Assembly (NCBI GenBank): GCA_903920005.1
Contig: CAIXKI010000156.1
Span: forward strand, 1,029-65,028
Length of the DNA stretch: 64,000 nt
Source: an uncultured delta proteobacterium
GTDB taxonomy: Bacteria > Bdellovibrionota_C > UBA2361 > OMII01
Direction: 5' to 3'
How positions within the stretch are numbered: the first letter of the stretch is position 1; every line of letters starts with the position of its first letter. Below the pieces are notes generated by a model. The model had not been told where the DNA came from. It did no database searches and saw only the letters and a program-made list of their open reading frames with translations. The translations under genes were made by a program, and so were the position numbers. Of the stretch, positions 1 to 9,725 are shown piece by piece.

Positions 1-241
1 GATAATTCAGCACCTCAATAAGGAGCGTGAACACCTGGTGTTCTTATTGTGGGGCGCGTATGCGCAAAAAAAAGCCGAGAGTGTGGATAGAACCAAGCAT
101 CTAGTTTTGATGGCACCACATCCGTCACCACTGTCAGCTCATCGAGGGTTCCTAGGATGCGGCCACTTTTCAAAGGCGAATGCGTATCTGATTCAAGAAG
201 CCCTCCCGCCGATTGAGTGGGCTCTTCCGCCAAATCCTTAA
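1..241 (+). CDS. ung: uracil-DNA glycosylase, C-terminal part (5' end lies outside the window)
   Basis: The reading frame is open from the window edge. [11 protein letters not shown]...[28 protein letters not shown] matches the conserved family-1 UDG C-terminal motifs (HPSPLSA, GF.GC.HFS). Confidence 0.85.
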   Translation, partial: IIQHLNKEREHLVFLLWGAYAQKKAESVDRTKHLVLMAPHPSPLSAHRGFLGCGHFSKANAYLIQEALPPIEWALPPNP

Positions 242-398
242 GTCACAAAGTGTATACGATGAATCGCTAGGGGCGGCCGCTGTATGCCCCTCTTTGCGAG
301 GGCCCGAACAACCTGCCCTTCCGCAGGTTTGGCGGACGCGGGGACACCTGGCACAGAGGGTGCATTAAGCATGTGTAAGGGAAAGGAAACCCACGCAC

Positions 399-1409
399 AT
401 GCGAATCAACTTTGGAGCTACATACCAAGAGGTTCAGAACCTCCTGAAGGCACCCTCGAAGGCGACCAAGTCTGCCGATTCGGCCGACTTTGATCAGAGT
501 CTCGGCTCTCTCCTGTCTCAACAGGCTGAAGTTGTTGATAAAGTAGACCTGAGACGGACTCAGGCTTCAGTCCCGGCCCTCCAAAAGACCCCGATGGAAG
601 AGGTTAAAGCTAGCTATCGTTTCGTTGACCCGAGCCTGGAGATGCCCGGTATGCAGCCTCTAGCTCCATCCGAGGTGGCGCCAATGGTGCCGGAAAACAG
701 TGGAATGACCGTCAAAACTCCGACGCTTTTGGAGGTACGCAAGGTCGATCTGGCAAGCCTTAATGCTCCAAGTGCACCGCGAACCGAGGCTCTCTTTACT
801 CCGGGAACGCCGAAGCTATCGCAGCCACAAATATCAAAGAGGGAGATGGTGGCCTTACAACCGAAGATCATCGCCGAGGTCCCTCCGCAGTTGGGCAAGC
901 AGGAGCTTCTTTCTCGCCTCTCGCAGGCTAGTGAAAAGGTCGGCCTTGATCCCGCGCTTACCAAGTCTCTTGTTAGAGCCGAGTCTGGCTTTAACGTGAA
1001 GGCGGTGAGTACCGATGGGCACTCCTCTAAGGGGCTGTTCCAGCTCCTCGACTCTACTGGCAAGGACCTCATGAGTAGGGCTGATAGCCAATCTCGCCAA
1101 TACGACCCCTTCGATCCTGACCTTAATATGGAGTTAGGTACTTCGTACCTTCGATATCTTCACGACATTTTTCGAACGCCGACTCAATTACCTAACGACC
1201 ATGTAACCAGGTCGGCCGCAAACGACAAATCCCTCGAGCAACTAGCAGTTGCGGCGTTCAACGCCGGAGAGGGACGGGTAGCTTCTGCCCAACGTAGAAC
1301 CGAGCAGTCAGGTAAAGATCCTGCTCACTACGAGAATGTCGCGCCGTTTCTTCCTCGCTCTACTCGAGAATATGTTGCCCGTGTAGTGGGGGGGAAGAAG
1401 TCGTACTAG
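399..1409 (+). CDS. lytic transglycosylase (SLT domain) protein, possibly flagellum-associated
   Basis: 336-aa ORF. The C-terminal half has SLT motifs (RAESGFN catalytic Glu-Ser, GLFQLL, AAFNAGEGRV). It sits directly upstream of the two flagellin genes. Confidence 0.7.
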   Translation: MRINFGATYQEVQNLLKAPSKATKSADSADFDQSLGSLLSQQAEVVDKVDLRRTQASVPALQKTPMEEVKASYRFVDPSLEMPGMQPLAPSEVAPMVPENSGMTVKTPTLLEVRKVDLASLNAPSAPRTEALFTPGTPKLSQPQISKREMVALQPKIIAEVPPQLGKQELLSRLSQASEKVGLDPALTKSLVRAESGFNVKAVSTDGHSSKGLFQLLDSTGKDLMSRADSQSRQYDPFDPDLNMELGTSYLRYLHDIFRTPTQLPNDHVTRSAANDKSLEQLAVAAFNAGEGRVASAQRRTEQSGKDPAHYENVAPFLPRSTREYVARVVGGKKSY

Positions 1410-1670
1410 TCACATTCTGTAGGCAATTTTGCACCATGGATGGGGATAGACGGGGGATGTTTCCCCGAAATTTGTAAGGAAACAAATAGTCTAAGAGGAT
1501 GTGTGTAAGGGCGAAGCCACTTGGCAAGCTCCTTGCTCAGTGTTGGTGAAGAAACAGTGAGACGGCAAACTCTGCCGAACCACTTTTTAAACAACTGAGA
1601 CCGCACGTCTAAGGGAGAATAACTGGTCATCCAGCTGTATTGGGGGTGATCCTGCCAAGGAGAATAAACA

Positions 1671-2534
1671 ATGGGCATAAATATTAGAACCAACCTACCA
1701 GCCCTCGGGGCACAACGTAACTTGGATGTCGCATCCAATAAGCTGAATAATTCGTACCAGCGCTTGTCGAGCGGTCTCAGAATTAACCGTGCGAGCGATG
1801 ACGCCGCAGGATTGGCGATTGCGGAGAACCTAAAGGCTGGTTCTTCAACCGCGACCGTCGCGATTCGAAACGCGAACGATGGTATCTCGGTTATCACGAT
1901 CGCTGACCAAGCTGTAGCGCAGATCGGAAACGTTCTTAACCGTATGGCTGAGCTTGCAACGCAGAGCTCAAACGGAGTAGTTGATAACGTTCAGCGTTCT
2001 GCTCTTCAGAATGAGTTCACAGCGCTTAGCTCTGAAATCGAGCGTATCGCGGTAACGACTAAGTTCAACGGACTTAACCTCCTTGATGGACAGAAGGACG
2101 TTACTTTCCAGATCGGTTTTGATGGGCAGTCGACATCTCAACTTACCTACGGAGCGGTGGATGTGCGCCTCGCGGGTATGGGTCTGGCCAACACTGGTGA
2201 GTCTGCGGCCGCGTACTCCATCATCGGAAACTCCGAGGTAGATGCTCAGTCGGCAGCTCGTGTAGCTCTCGACGCGATTCAGCTCGCTCTTACCTCTATT
2301 AACCAGAAGCGTGGTAGTCTTGGAGCGCTGGAGAGTCGACTTGAGGTTACGATCAACAACCTCACGGTTGCTCGAGAGAACTTCAAGGCTGCGGAAAGCC
2401 GCATCCGAGACGTAGACGTAGCGACAGAGGCAGCCGAGTTAACAAGACTCAACATCCTCCAACAGGCGGGTGCGTCAATCTTGGCTCAGGCTAACCAAGC
2501 TCCGCAGTTAGCTCTCCAGCTTCTCGGACGATAA
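1671..2534 (+). CDS. fliC: flagellin
   Basis: Conserved flagellin N-terminus (INIRTNLPALGAQRNL..LSSGLRINRASDDAAGLAI) and C-terminus (LTRLNILQQAGASILAQANQAPQLALQLL). AAGGAG lies 8 nt upstream of the ATG. Confidence 0.95.
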   Translation: MGINIRTNLPALGAQRNLDVASNKLNNSYQRLSSGLRINRASDDAAGLAIAENLKAGSSTATVAIRNANDGISVITIADQAVAQIGNVLNRMAELATQSSNGVVDNVQRSALQNEFTALSSEIERIAVTTKFNGLNLLDGQKDVTFQIGFDGQSTSQLTYGAVDVRLAGMGLANTGESAAAYSIIGNSEVDAQSAARVALDAIQLALTSINQKRGSLGALESRLEVTINNLTVARENFKAAESRIRDVDVATEAAELTRLNILQQAGASILAQANQAPQLALQLLGR

Positions 2535-2551
2535 TAGGAAGTAGGTAGGGT

Positions 2552-3418
2552 ATGGCTTTTGGTACGGGCATAAATGTTTCCGCTATCAAAACCCAACGCC
2601 AGATATCCGTAACGACGGGCCGGCTGAATCAAAGCTTTGAGCGTTTATCCAGTGGTTTAAGGATTAATCGCTCGGCTGATGATGCAGCCGGCCTTGCCGT
2701 TGCTGAGAAGCTTCGCTCTGATTCTCGCGTCGCTTCAGTTTCAATGCGCAACGCGAACGATGGAATCTCCATCATCGGCATCGCCGATATGGCCGTAAGC
2801 CAGATTAGTGATATCCTCATTCGTCTCGGCGAACTCGCTCAGCAATCAGCATCCGCCACTAATACGAACTCTCAACGTTCGGCGATGCAGATTGAATTCT
2901 CAAACCTCATGAGTGAGATTGAGCGAATCGCTCACTCAACCGAATTTAACGGACTCAATCTCTTAAGTTCGCCCAATGCGCTCACCTTTCAGGTTGGATT
3001 CGATGGAAGTTCCCTTTCAGGGATCGCTTTCTCGGGGATCGCGGCTACGCTCGGTTCGATGGATCTTGCTCCGCTCGGTTCTTCAGTTCCAACGTACTCA
3101 ATTATAGGCGCGACCGACGACGATTCCCGCTTCGCGGCCCTATCCGCGCTTGAGGCGATTCAAGGGGCTATCGGCTCGGTGACAAGAAGCCGCGGAACTC
3201 TTGGAGCGGCGGAGAGTCGTCTTCAGACGATGATTCGTCAGATTGCGACCTCTCGCGAGAGCTTCCAGTCGGCTGAAAGCGGTATCGCTGATGTTGATGT
3301 CGCCCAGGAGAGCGCCGAATTGATGCGCTTGAATGTCCTTCAACAGGCTGGTACGGCCATCCTTGCACAGGCCAATATGCAGCCTCAGCTCGCGTTGAAG
3401 CTCCTTAACGACTCGTAG
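2552..3418 (+). CDS. fliC: flagellin (tandem paralog)
   Basis: It has the same N- and C-terminal flagellin blocks (LSSGLRINRSADDAAGLAV; LMRLNVLQQAGTAILAQANMQPQLALKLL). It starts 17 nt after the first flagellin and its central domain is diverged. Confidence 0.95.
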   Translation: MAFGTGINVSAIKTQRQISVTTGRLNQSFERLSSGLRINRSADDAAGLAVAEKLRSDSRVASVSMRNANDGISIIGIADMAVSQISDILIRLGELAQQSASATNTNSQRSAMQIEFSNLMSEIERIAHSTEFNGLNLLSSPNALTFQVGFDGSSLSGIAFSGIAATLGSMDLAPLGSSVPTYSIIGATDDDSRFAALSALEAIQGAIGSVTRSRGTLGAAESRLQTMIRQIATSRESFQSAESGIADVDVAQESAELMRLNVLQQAGTAILAQANMQPQLALKLLNDS

Positions 3419-3551
3419 TTGAGCGGGAAATAGCTTTGGGCATCCCCTAAATCCGCTGAAATAATCGTCGTATCGGCCTGTTAGCTCGGCTCAGAGCTTG
3501 ATCCTAGGGCGTTAACCCTCTTATAGTTTCAACCTGATTAGGGAGAACTAT

Positions 3552-4622
3552 ATGAAGATTAGTCACATCGCAGAACTTCTTGGCTCAGAGGCAAAGTCTC
3601 TTCTTGAGCATACCTGCAACACCATTCCTGCTGGCGACCTTTGCGTGCCATCGGCAGACTATGTAGATCGAGTTTTTGCTCACACTGACAGAAATGTGCA
3701 GACGCTCCGCTCGCTTCAACAGATGTACGATACGGGTCGTCTCAAGGGGACGGGATACCTTTCTATCCTTCCAGTCGACCAAGGTATCGAGCACTCCGCG
3801 GGGGCTTCGTTCGCGAAGAACCCAGAGTACTTCAATCCTGAGAATATCGTTCGGTTGGCGATTGAGGGAGGTTGTAACGCTGTTGCGACGACCTACGGCG
3901 GGTTGGGCCTTGTGGCTCGTAAGTACGCTCATAAGATCCCGTTCATCCTCAAGATCAACCACAACGAGCTCCTTACGTACCCTAATAAGAGTGACGAGAT
4001 TATGTTTGCTCGGGTTCGAGACGCGTGGAATCAGGGATGCGCTGCCATTGGAGCAACCATTTACTTCGGCTCTGACCAGTCTGGTCGTCAGATTCAAGAG
4101 GTGTCCGCAGCTTTCTCTGAAGCGCACTCACTTGGAATGGCTACCATCCTGTGGTGCTACGTTCGTAACAATGCTTTCAAGGTTGCGGGTGTCAATCATG
4201 AGACCTCTGCTGACCTCACCGGTCAAGCCAATCACCTTGGTGTTACTATTGGGGCTGATATTATCAAGCAGAAGCTTCCCGAGACCAACGGCGGTTTCAA
4301 GGCTCTTAACACAGGCGGATCTTCCTACGGTAAGTTGGATGAGCGCATGTACACGCATCTTGCGAGCGATCATCCGATTGACCTTGCGCGTTACCAGGTA
4401 GCGAACTGCTATATGGGACGTATCGGTCTTATCAGCTCCGGCGGAGGATCGGGCTCAAACGACCTCGCTGACGCCGTTAAGACGGCGGTCATTAATAAGC
4501 GAGCTGGCGGTATGGGGCTTATCTCGGGACGTAAGGCGTTCCAGAAGTCTATGAAGGATGGCGTCGCTATCTTGAATGCGATTCAGGATGTATACCTCTG
4601 CAAAGACGTTACCGTCGCTTAA
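3552..4622 (+). CDS. fbaB: class I fructose-bisphosphate aldolase (FbaB/DhnA type)
   Basis: 356 aa, collinear by eye with E. coli FbaB along its whole length ([28 protein letters not shown]..., [39 protein letters not shown]). Confidence 0.93.
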   Translation: MKISHIAELLGSEAKSLLEHTCNTIPAGDLCVPSADYVDRVFAHTDRNVQTLRSLQQMYDTGRLKGTGYLSILPVDQGIEHSAGASFAKNPEYFNPENIVRLAIEGGCNAVATTYGGLGLVARKYAHKIPFILKINHNELLTYPNKSDEIMFARVRDAWNQGCAAIGATIYFGSDQSGRQIQEVSAAFSEAHSLGMATILWCYVRNNAFKVAGVNHETSADLTGQANHLGVTIGADIIKQKLPETNGGFKALNTGGSSYGKLDERMYTHLASDHPIDLARYQVANCYMGRIGLISSGGGSGSNDLADAVKTAVINKRAGGMGLISGRKAFQKSMKDGVAILNAIQDVYLCKDVTVA

Positions 4623-4661
4623 TTCATATTTTTGCTAAGCCCGTGTTGTTTGAGGTGCACC

Positions 4662-5354
4662 GTGCGTGATCGTCATGTGGTTGTATTCTCCGGAGCCGGG
4701 ATCAGCGCTGAGAGCGGGCTTAATACCTTCCGTGGACCAGGCGGTCTGTGGGAGGGGGAGCCCGTTTCTCTTGTCGCTACTCCGGAAGGGTGGCGGAAAG
4801 ATCCAGAGCGAGTGCTCCGATTTTACAACGAGCGTCGCAAAGCGGTCCGAGCAGCTACGCCGAATTTAGCGCAGGTCGCGCTCGGCGAACTGGAGCAAAT
4901 CTTCAAAGTAACGATCATTACTCAGAACATAGATGACCTTCACGAGAGGGGAGGAAGCACCAACGTAATCCATCTCCACGGCGAGATCATGAAATCGAGA
5001 AGCTCTCGCGATCCTACGACACTCTTTGCGTGCGAGGGTGATATCGTACTCGGCCAAAAGGCGGACGATGGTTCGCAGATGAGGCCACATGTCGTGTGGT
5101 TCGGAGAATCCGTTCCCATGATGGACACTGCTATAGCTGTCGCTAAAACCGCTGATTTTCTGATCGTCGTGGGCACTTCACTTGAGGTGTATCCAGCCGC
5201 GAGTCTCGTCGACTACGTTCCGTATGAAGCGACGAGGTTTTTGGTCGACCCCATGCCCTCAGGATTGACCGATGAAGACTTCCACATCGTTGAGGCTAAG
5301 GCGTCAGAGGGAGTGCCGCGAATCGCAAACCAGCTCCGCGCTCTTATGGCCTAG
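4662..5354 (+). CDS. cobB: NAD-dependent protein deacylase (Sir2/CobB family)
   Basis: VVFSGAGISAESGLNTFRG, ITQNIDDLHERGG and HLHGE motifs. The track ORF starts at a TTG at 4632. I prefer the in-frame GTG at 4662, just before the GAGIS motif, but the start is uncertain. Confidence 0.85.
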   Translation: MRDRHVVVFSGAGISAESGLNTFRGPGGLWEGEPVSLVATPEGWRKDPERVLRFYNERRKAVRAATPNLAQVALGELEQIFKVTIITQNIDDLHERGGSTNVIHLHGEIMKSRSSRDPTTLFACEGDIVLGQKADDGSQMRPHVVWFGESVPMMDTAIAVAKTADFLIVVGTSLEVYPAASLVDYVPYEATRFLVDPMPSGLTDEDFHIVEAKASEGVPRIANQLRALMA

Positions 5355-5394
5355 CGCGTGTAATTCGCAGGGGGGACGCCCGTTGGCTGTCTCA

Positions 5395-6576
5395 CTAGAC
5401 GTCAACAAGTACAGCGCCTGATGCGAGTAATCCCGAGAGGAGCTGCTGGCATCCTTTGTCGTTCAGGTACGCCTCGATATCCGCTATTGGAAGGACGAGT
5501 CGATTTGAAAGCTCCCTCGCGAGAGCAGCCGCTTTGCCCGAGAGTTCGTGACGTTCCCCGTTCACGTAAAACGCTAAGGAAGATCCACGCGTGGATATGA
5601 ACGCCATCCGAGAGCCTTCAGTTCGCACGAGTGCCGTCGCGCCACGAAGCGTTTTTGCGATCGCCGCCGCCGATATTTTGTGCGCGTGATCGAGTAGTTT
5701 TACATCAGAGTATGGCTCCGTTGTAGATCGTCCCAGCCAATCGCTGAGGAACTCCTCTGAGAGAAGAGCTTTCTCCAAGAGTCCCTTAATTTTTTTGACC
5801 GCATCCGGCGAGATCTCCCCCGGCTCCTGAGCCTTAAGCTCCGGGTCAGAATAGCGCAGCGACTCGTCAGTGCGCGATAACGCGCTTGAGGCCACCTCGT
5901 TAATGATGTCATTGACTGAAGGGGCTCGACATCCCACCGAGATCGTCATACATCGGTCGCCCTGCGCTACTCCGTGATGGGGGAAGCGGGGAGGAAGATA
6001 GAGGATGTCTCCAGGCTCAAGAATCCAACGGTGAGTCGGGTTAAATTTCTTCAGAAGCCGAACGGGAAGGTCTGGGATAAAATCGTCCGTAGGTACGGGC
6101 CGATCCTCGATCATCCATTCGCGTTTGCCGGATGCCTGAACGAGGAACACATCGAAGTTGTCGACGTGAGCGCCCACGTTTCCTTGATCGACAGCGTAGC
6201 TGATCATGACGTCGTCCATTCGCCAAAACGGGATGAATGAGAACTCATCGAGAAACGCATGCACTGATGGAACAAAGCGATCGACGCCGTTTACGAGAAC
6301 TGTCCACTTCTTCTTGGGGAGCTTCTTAAAGGTCGATGCCTTAAACGGGCCCCGTTGAAGTTGCCACTTATTTTTACCTGGGCCCTGAATAATGAGGCGG
6401 GACTCGATCCGTTCGTCCAAGCTCATCCCCGCGATCTCCTCGGGTGTTATGAGGTCAGGGAACGGATGAATGGCTTGCTTCATAAGCAAAGGCCGTTTTT
6501 GCCAGTAACGGGCCAAGAACTCCTTTTGAGAAATTCGTCCGAGAAGGGGCCAGGTGATTGCAGCGCGATGTGCCAT
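5395..6576 (-). CDS. roxA: JmjC/cupin ribosomal oxygenase (RoxA/YcfD-like, 50S L16 arginine hydroxylase family)
   Basis: 393 aa, collinear with E. coli YcfD by eye: FLARYWQKRPLL, DDVMISYAVDQGNVGAHVDNFDVFLVQASGKREW, PGDILYLPPRFPHHG. Confidence 0.8.
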   Translation of the reverse strand: MAHRAAITWPLLGRISQKEFLARYWQKRPLLMKQAIHPFPDLITPEEIAGMSLDERIESRLIIQGPGKNKWQLQRGPFKASTFKKLPKKKWTVLVNGVDRFVPSVHAFLDEFSFIPFWRMDDVMISYAVDQGNVGAHVDNFDVFLVQASGKREWMIEDRPVPTDDFIPDLPVRLLKKFNPTHRWILEPGDILYLPPRFPHHGVAQGDRCMTISVGCRAPSVNDIINEVASSALSRTDESLRYSDPELKAQEPGEISPDAVKKIKGLLEKALLSEEFLSDWLGRSTTEPYSDVKLLDHAHKISAAAIAKTLRGATALVRTEGSRMAFISTRGSSLAFYVNGERHELSGKAAALARELSNRLVLPIADIEAYLNDKGCQQLLSGLLASGAVLVDV

Positions 6577-6729
6577 ACGTTTCGCAGTCCTTAAAGAATC
6601 GGACTCATGATGCCCCAGAACGCCCAGATAGGCTACTGTGCGTGGAGTCCCGCGGGCGCAATATTTCAGGGATTCCCCGAACAGCTCGTGTGTCGCCGGC
6701 TACAGGGTGTTGAGGTATAGTAACCCCCG

Positions 6730-7494
6730 ATGACTGATAAGCCCCAAAAGAAAGCCTTTGGAGATCTCCTGCTCGCGGATGAGTCCCTGCGTCTTATCGT
6801 CGTTCTTGTTGAGCCCAAAGATCCCCGAAATATCGGATCGGTCGCACGAGCGATGAGTAATTTGGACGTCGCCGATCTCCGTCTTGTAAAGCCGGAGGAG
6901 TTTAACGTCGAAATCGCAAAGGGGGTTTCGTGCTGGGGCGAGGGGATCGTGGCGAATGCTCGACGATTTTCGAACCTCGCGGAGGCGGTCGAGGACGCTC
7001 ATGAAGTAGTTGGCTTCGCGTCTGATAGTAGTGGTCACCGGATGTCTCAACGACTACTTGAGGAGTGGGTATCTACTCTTGGCGTCGGACGACAAAAAAA
7101 TGTGGCCCTCGTGTTTGGGTCGGAGGAACAAGGGCTTCGTCGTGAGCATTTTCCGCTCTGTCAAAACCTTATTCGTATTCCATCCTCCAGCGCGAACCCT
7201 TCATACAATCTGGCTCAGTCCGTGATTCTTGCCCTTTATGCCATTCGCCGTGCCCCTCAAAGCGCCGTTGGTGACGAATTAAAAGATCTTCCAACCAGTG
7301 GCCAGTTATCTCAATTCACGGAGATGGTCCTTCGCGCAGCGAAGGATGTTGGCTTTCTCAATGACAATTCACCCGAGCATATCTCAGATATGCTCGTTAA
7401 TATTACTCGGCGAGGCCGGATCTCCACGAGGGAGCTGAAGGTGCTTACCGGCCTCTTCGGAATGGTTCATAAGTCGGTAACGAGAAACTCGTAG
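6730..7494 (+). CDS. trmJ: SpoU/TrmH-class RNA 2'-O-methyltransferase (TrmJ-like)
   Basis: LRLIVVLVEPKDPRNIGSVARAMSNLDVADLRLVKP resembles the TrmJ N-terminus. VFGSEEQGL and IPSSSANPSYNLAQSV are the SPOUT knot motifs. Confidence 0.8.
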   Translation: MTDKPQKKAFGDLLLADESLRLIVVLVEPKDPRNIGSVARAMSNLDVADLRLVKPEEFNVEIAKGVSCWGEGIVANARRFSNLAEAVEDAHEVVGFASDSSGHRMSQRLLEEWVSTLGVGRQKNVALVFGSEEQGLRREHFPLCQNLIRIPSSSANPSYNLAQSVILALYAIRRAPQSAVGDELKDLPTSGQLSQFTEMVLRAAKDVGFLNDNSPEHISDMLVNITRRGRISTRELKVLTGLFGMVHKSVTRNS

Positions 7495-7541
7495 AAGGAA
7501 TCTACGTGTGTCGGAGATACACGTGGATTCATCTGGTGAAA

Positions 7542-7566
7542 ACAGGGCGGGGAAGTCCCGCCCTGT
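7542..7566. terminator. 10-bp GC-rich hairpin between convergent genes (possible bidirectional terminator)
   Basis: ACAGGGCGGG-GAAGT-CCCGCCCTGT is a perfect stem. On the minus strand it is followed by TTTTCACC. It lies between the trmJ stop (7494) and the stop of the minus-strand gene at 7603. Confidence 0.5.
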
Positions 7567-7602
7567 GAGTTCGATTTACGAACAGGCTCTTTGCAGAATG
7601 CA

Positions 7603-8076
7603 TTACAATTTGTCGCCAGAGTCGTCGTTAGACGGACCTGAGGCTATGATTCCATTAGGGTCGAATGTTCCTTGCCCCGGTTGGACATCCATCGGTGGCG
7701 GATGGGGCAATGGAATGGGTGGTGGTGCAAATGGTGAAGTGCCAAGTTCTTGTACGCCACAGTCGTCCACCTTGATATCGTTGATAATCCTATTTGGTAG
7801 AGTTCCGTGGCTTGGTCTTTTGAGCGTAACCGTGCAACAGACATAGAACCCCCAGTGCCAACGGCCCGTTGTGTCTTCATCAATGAAATCTGGCGCTGGC
7901 ATTAGTTGCCCGTCGTTCATACACCAGACTTCTTGATATAGTGGAGTTCCTTTTGGGGCAGCCTGGGCGTCGATTGGGCCAATGCCTACAGTTCCAATGA
8001 GGGCGAGAGCGCCTATCAGGGTGCTTAAGCCCGGCCGAGTTTTGTTTTGCAGTTCTCTCGTTTTCAAATGCATCAT
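7603..8076 (-). CDS. secreted hypothetical protein (Pro-rich C-terminal half)
   Basis: 157-aa ORF with a signal-peptide-like N-terminus (LSTLIGALALIGTVGIGPIDAQAA). AAGGGAGAA lies about 9 nt upstream of the ATG. The overlapping plus-strand ORF 7508..7846 looks like a shadow ORF. Confidence 0.55.
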   Translation of the reverse strand: MMHLKTRELQNKTRPGLSTLIGALALIGTVGIGPIDAQAAPKGTPLYQEVWCMNDGQLMPAPDFIDEDTTGRWHWGFYVCCTVTLKRPSHGTLPNRIINDIKVDDCGVQELGTSPFAPPPIPLPHPPPMDVQPGQGTFDPNGIIASGPSNDDSGDKL

Positions 8077-8185
8077 AACCGTTCTTCTCCCTTTCGTGGA
8101 TGTAGCACCATTCCTAGAAAGGATATGCCCCCCTATTGCCCCGGCGTGACATAGCCTTTTGACTATTCGATGAAAAACGGGTGAC

Positions 8186-8221
8186 GGAAATGTCTGTCAG
8201 TCATGACTGACAGACATTTCC
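8186..8221. repeat. perfect 36-bp palindrome in a divergent promoter region
   Basis: GGAAATGTCTGTCAGTCA|TGACTGACAGACATTTCC equals its own reverse complement. It lies between the 5' ends of the genes at 7603..8076 (-) and 8434..9267 (+). Confidence 0.9.
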
Positions 8222-8433
8222 ATGCCAAACAATGGGCTGTAAGCTCAGTGAAATTCGTGCATCCGGGACACAAGTAGATTCCTTTCTTGGTCTGCCGCTA
8301 GAGCCACCCGCACGGATGAAAAGGTGCCGGAGCGGGAGGTGTGGTCAGGAAGAAAGCCAACCTCCCGTTTTATTTACTTCCATCGCTGCTCGGTCGCTGC
8401 TAGCCTCCAGTGGACTATTGGGAAGGATAAAAG

Positions 8434-9267
8434 ATGACAAAATGTACACCAACAAAATTGATGTTCAGTGCATTTTTTGCGGCTGCTATAGGGTGTGGTG
8501 GCGGAAGCGATGGATCCTCAGGTGATAATGGGGCTGCCTGTAACTCTATCGGGTACAGCAAGTCGCTGAAGGTGGCCGCGGGTGAGCAGTGCCAGGTGGA
8601 AAGCAGTAGCGACACCTCCTCAGTGGTTAAATTGTTTATCTTCAGTGGTGGTAGCTTAGTTGGGTCCTGCACTGGCACCGTGATCTCAGCTACAGCGGTG
8701 TTAACAGCGGCGCACTGCTTCCAGGCGCCAGGGGTCGGAGTTGTCATAAGAGCGGTGACGAATGGGACAAAAGTTGACGTTGCCGGGTCTCGAATAGCGA
8801 TTCATCCGGATTATTTCATCTCCGATGCAGGGATATCCTTCAATGACGTAGCCATAGTTTCTACTTCGTCGCCGCTGCCAGTCCCGGCGATGCCGATACT
8901 GCTGTCACGTGCGCCGGAAGTTGGTGAGAAATCGATCGTAGCCGGTTACGGACAAACTAAACACGACGGTCCCGCGGTCGAGGATGTTGTTGCAGGTCGT
9001 GCGGTGGTTCGTATCGTCACCGACAATCACGTGCGAATAGACTTTCGGTTGGGGGAGAGTCATCCCTGTCAAGGCGATTCCGGTGGGGCGCTGTTTGTTG
9101 AAGACGAGAGTGGTTTAGCGATTGTCGGCGTTGTATCGCAGAGCGATCCAAGCGTGTTAGAGGAGCAGGTGTGCTTGAACGGCGATATGACGCTCTACAC
9201 AAACACGCAATCGACAGGGGTATACAATTTCATTACCTCGCAGGTCCCCGACGCTGCGGTTAAGTAG
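8434..9267 (+). CDS. trypsin-like (S1 family) serine protease, probable lipoprotein
   Basis: Catalytic triad motifs TAAHC, NDVAIV and GDSGGAL are present. The N-terminus FFAAAIGCGGGS looks like a lipobox. Confidence 0.85.
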   Translation: MTKCTPTKLMFSAFFAAAIGCGGGSDGSSGDNGAACNSIGYSKSLKVAAGEQCQVESSSDTSSVVKLFIFSGGSLVGSCTGTVISATAVLTAAHCFQAPGVGVVIRAVTNGTKVDVAGSRIAIHPDYFISDAGISFNDVAIVSTSSPLPVPAMPILLSRAPEVGEKSIVAGYGQTKHDGPAVEDVVAGRAVVRIVTDNHVRIDFRLGESHPCQGDSGGALFVEDESGLAIVGVVSQSDPSVLEEQVCLNGDMTLYTNTQSTGVYNFITSQVPDAAVK

Positions 9268-9373
9268 GCGGCGGTTACCAAGGCATTGTAAGCGCCGTTT
9301 CCCAGGAGGGTATTCGTCCGAGCGTTGACGGCTCCTCTGTTCATAACTTGTGACTTCGGGGCAGGCCGTCACT

Positions 9374-9404
9374 CACGCGGCGCGTTGAGTTAACGCGCTG
9401 CGTG
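9374..9404 (+). terminator. 13-bp hairpin downstream of the protease gene (weak terminator candidate)
   Basis: CACGCGGCGCGTT-GAGTT-AACGCGCTGCGTG with one mismatch in the stem. No U-tract follows it, so its function is uncertain. Confidence 0.3.
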
Positions 9405-9725
9405 TACATGCTGTTCGCCCTCATTCAGGATAGGGGGGCGAAGCCGATTCAGATCAGATTTCACTTCTTGTCATTGGGTTTGCGTTAGAAGAAGCCATTC
9501 CGCTACCTTCCGTGTACACAAATCTGGGAAACGTGGACTGCTAGATGGCCAATCGTTTTCGGATCACATACGGGTAGTTCTACGCTATTGAAGGTTTTTA
9601 CGGAAAGCTTGGCATTTCTATCCTTGGTCCCACGGTGCGTGAGGCGAGGGATCGAAATCCAAAGCTTTTCAAGCGATGTCGCTTGGCTTGGATGACGATG
9701 AAATCGTAGGTCAGGAGATGTTCCA

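Noticed and set aside
1560-1670. Sigma-28 (TAAA-N15-GCCGATAA) or sigma-54 promoter for the flagellin genes
   Set aside because: The best candidate, TAAA-N15-GTCTAAGG, matches only 3 of 8 positions of the -10 element. TGGTCATCCAGCTGT has the wrong GG-to-GC spacing. Neither was called.
7508-7846. 112-aa plus-strand ORF overlapping 7603..8076
   Set aside because: The minus-strand ORF has an RBS, a signal peptide and a downstream hairpin. The plus-strand ORF has none of these and starts inside the terminator region.
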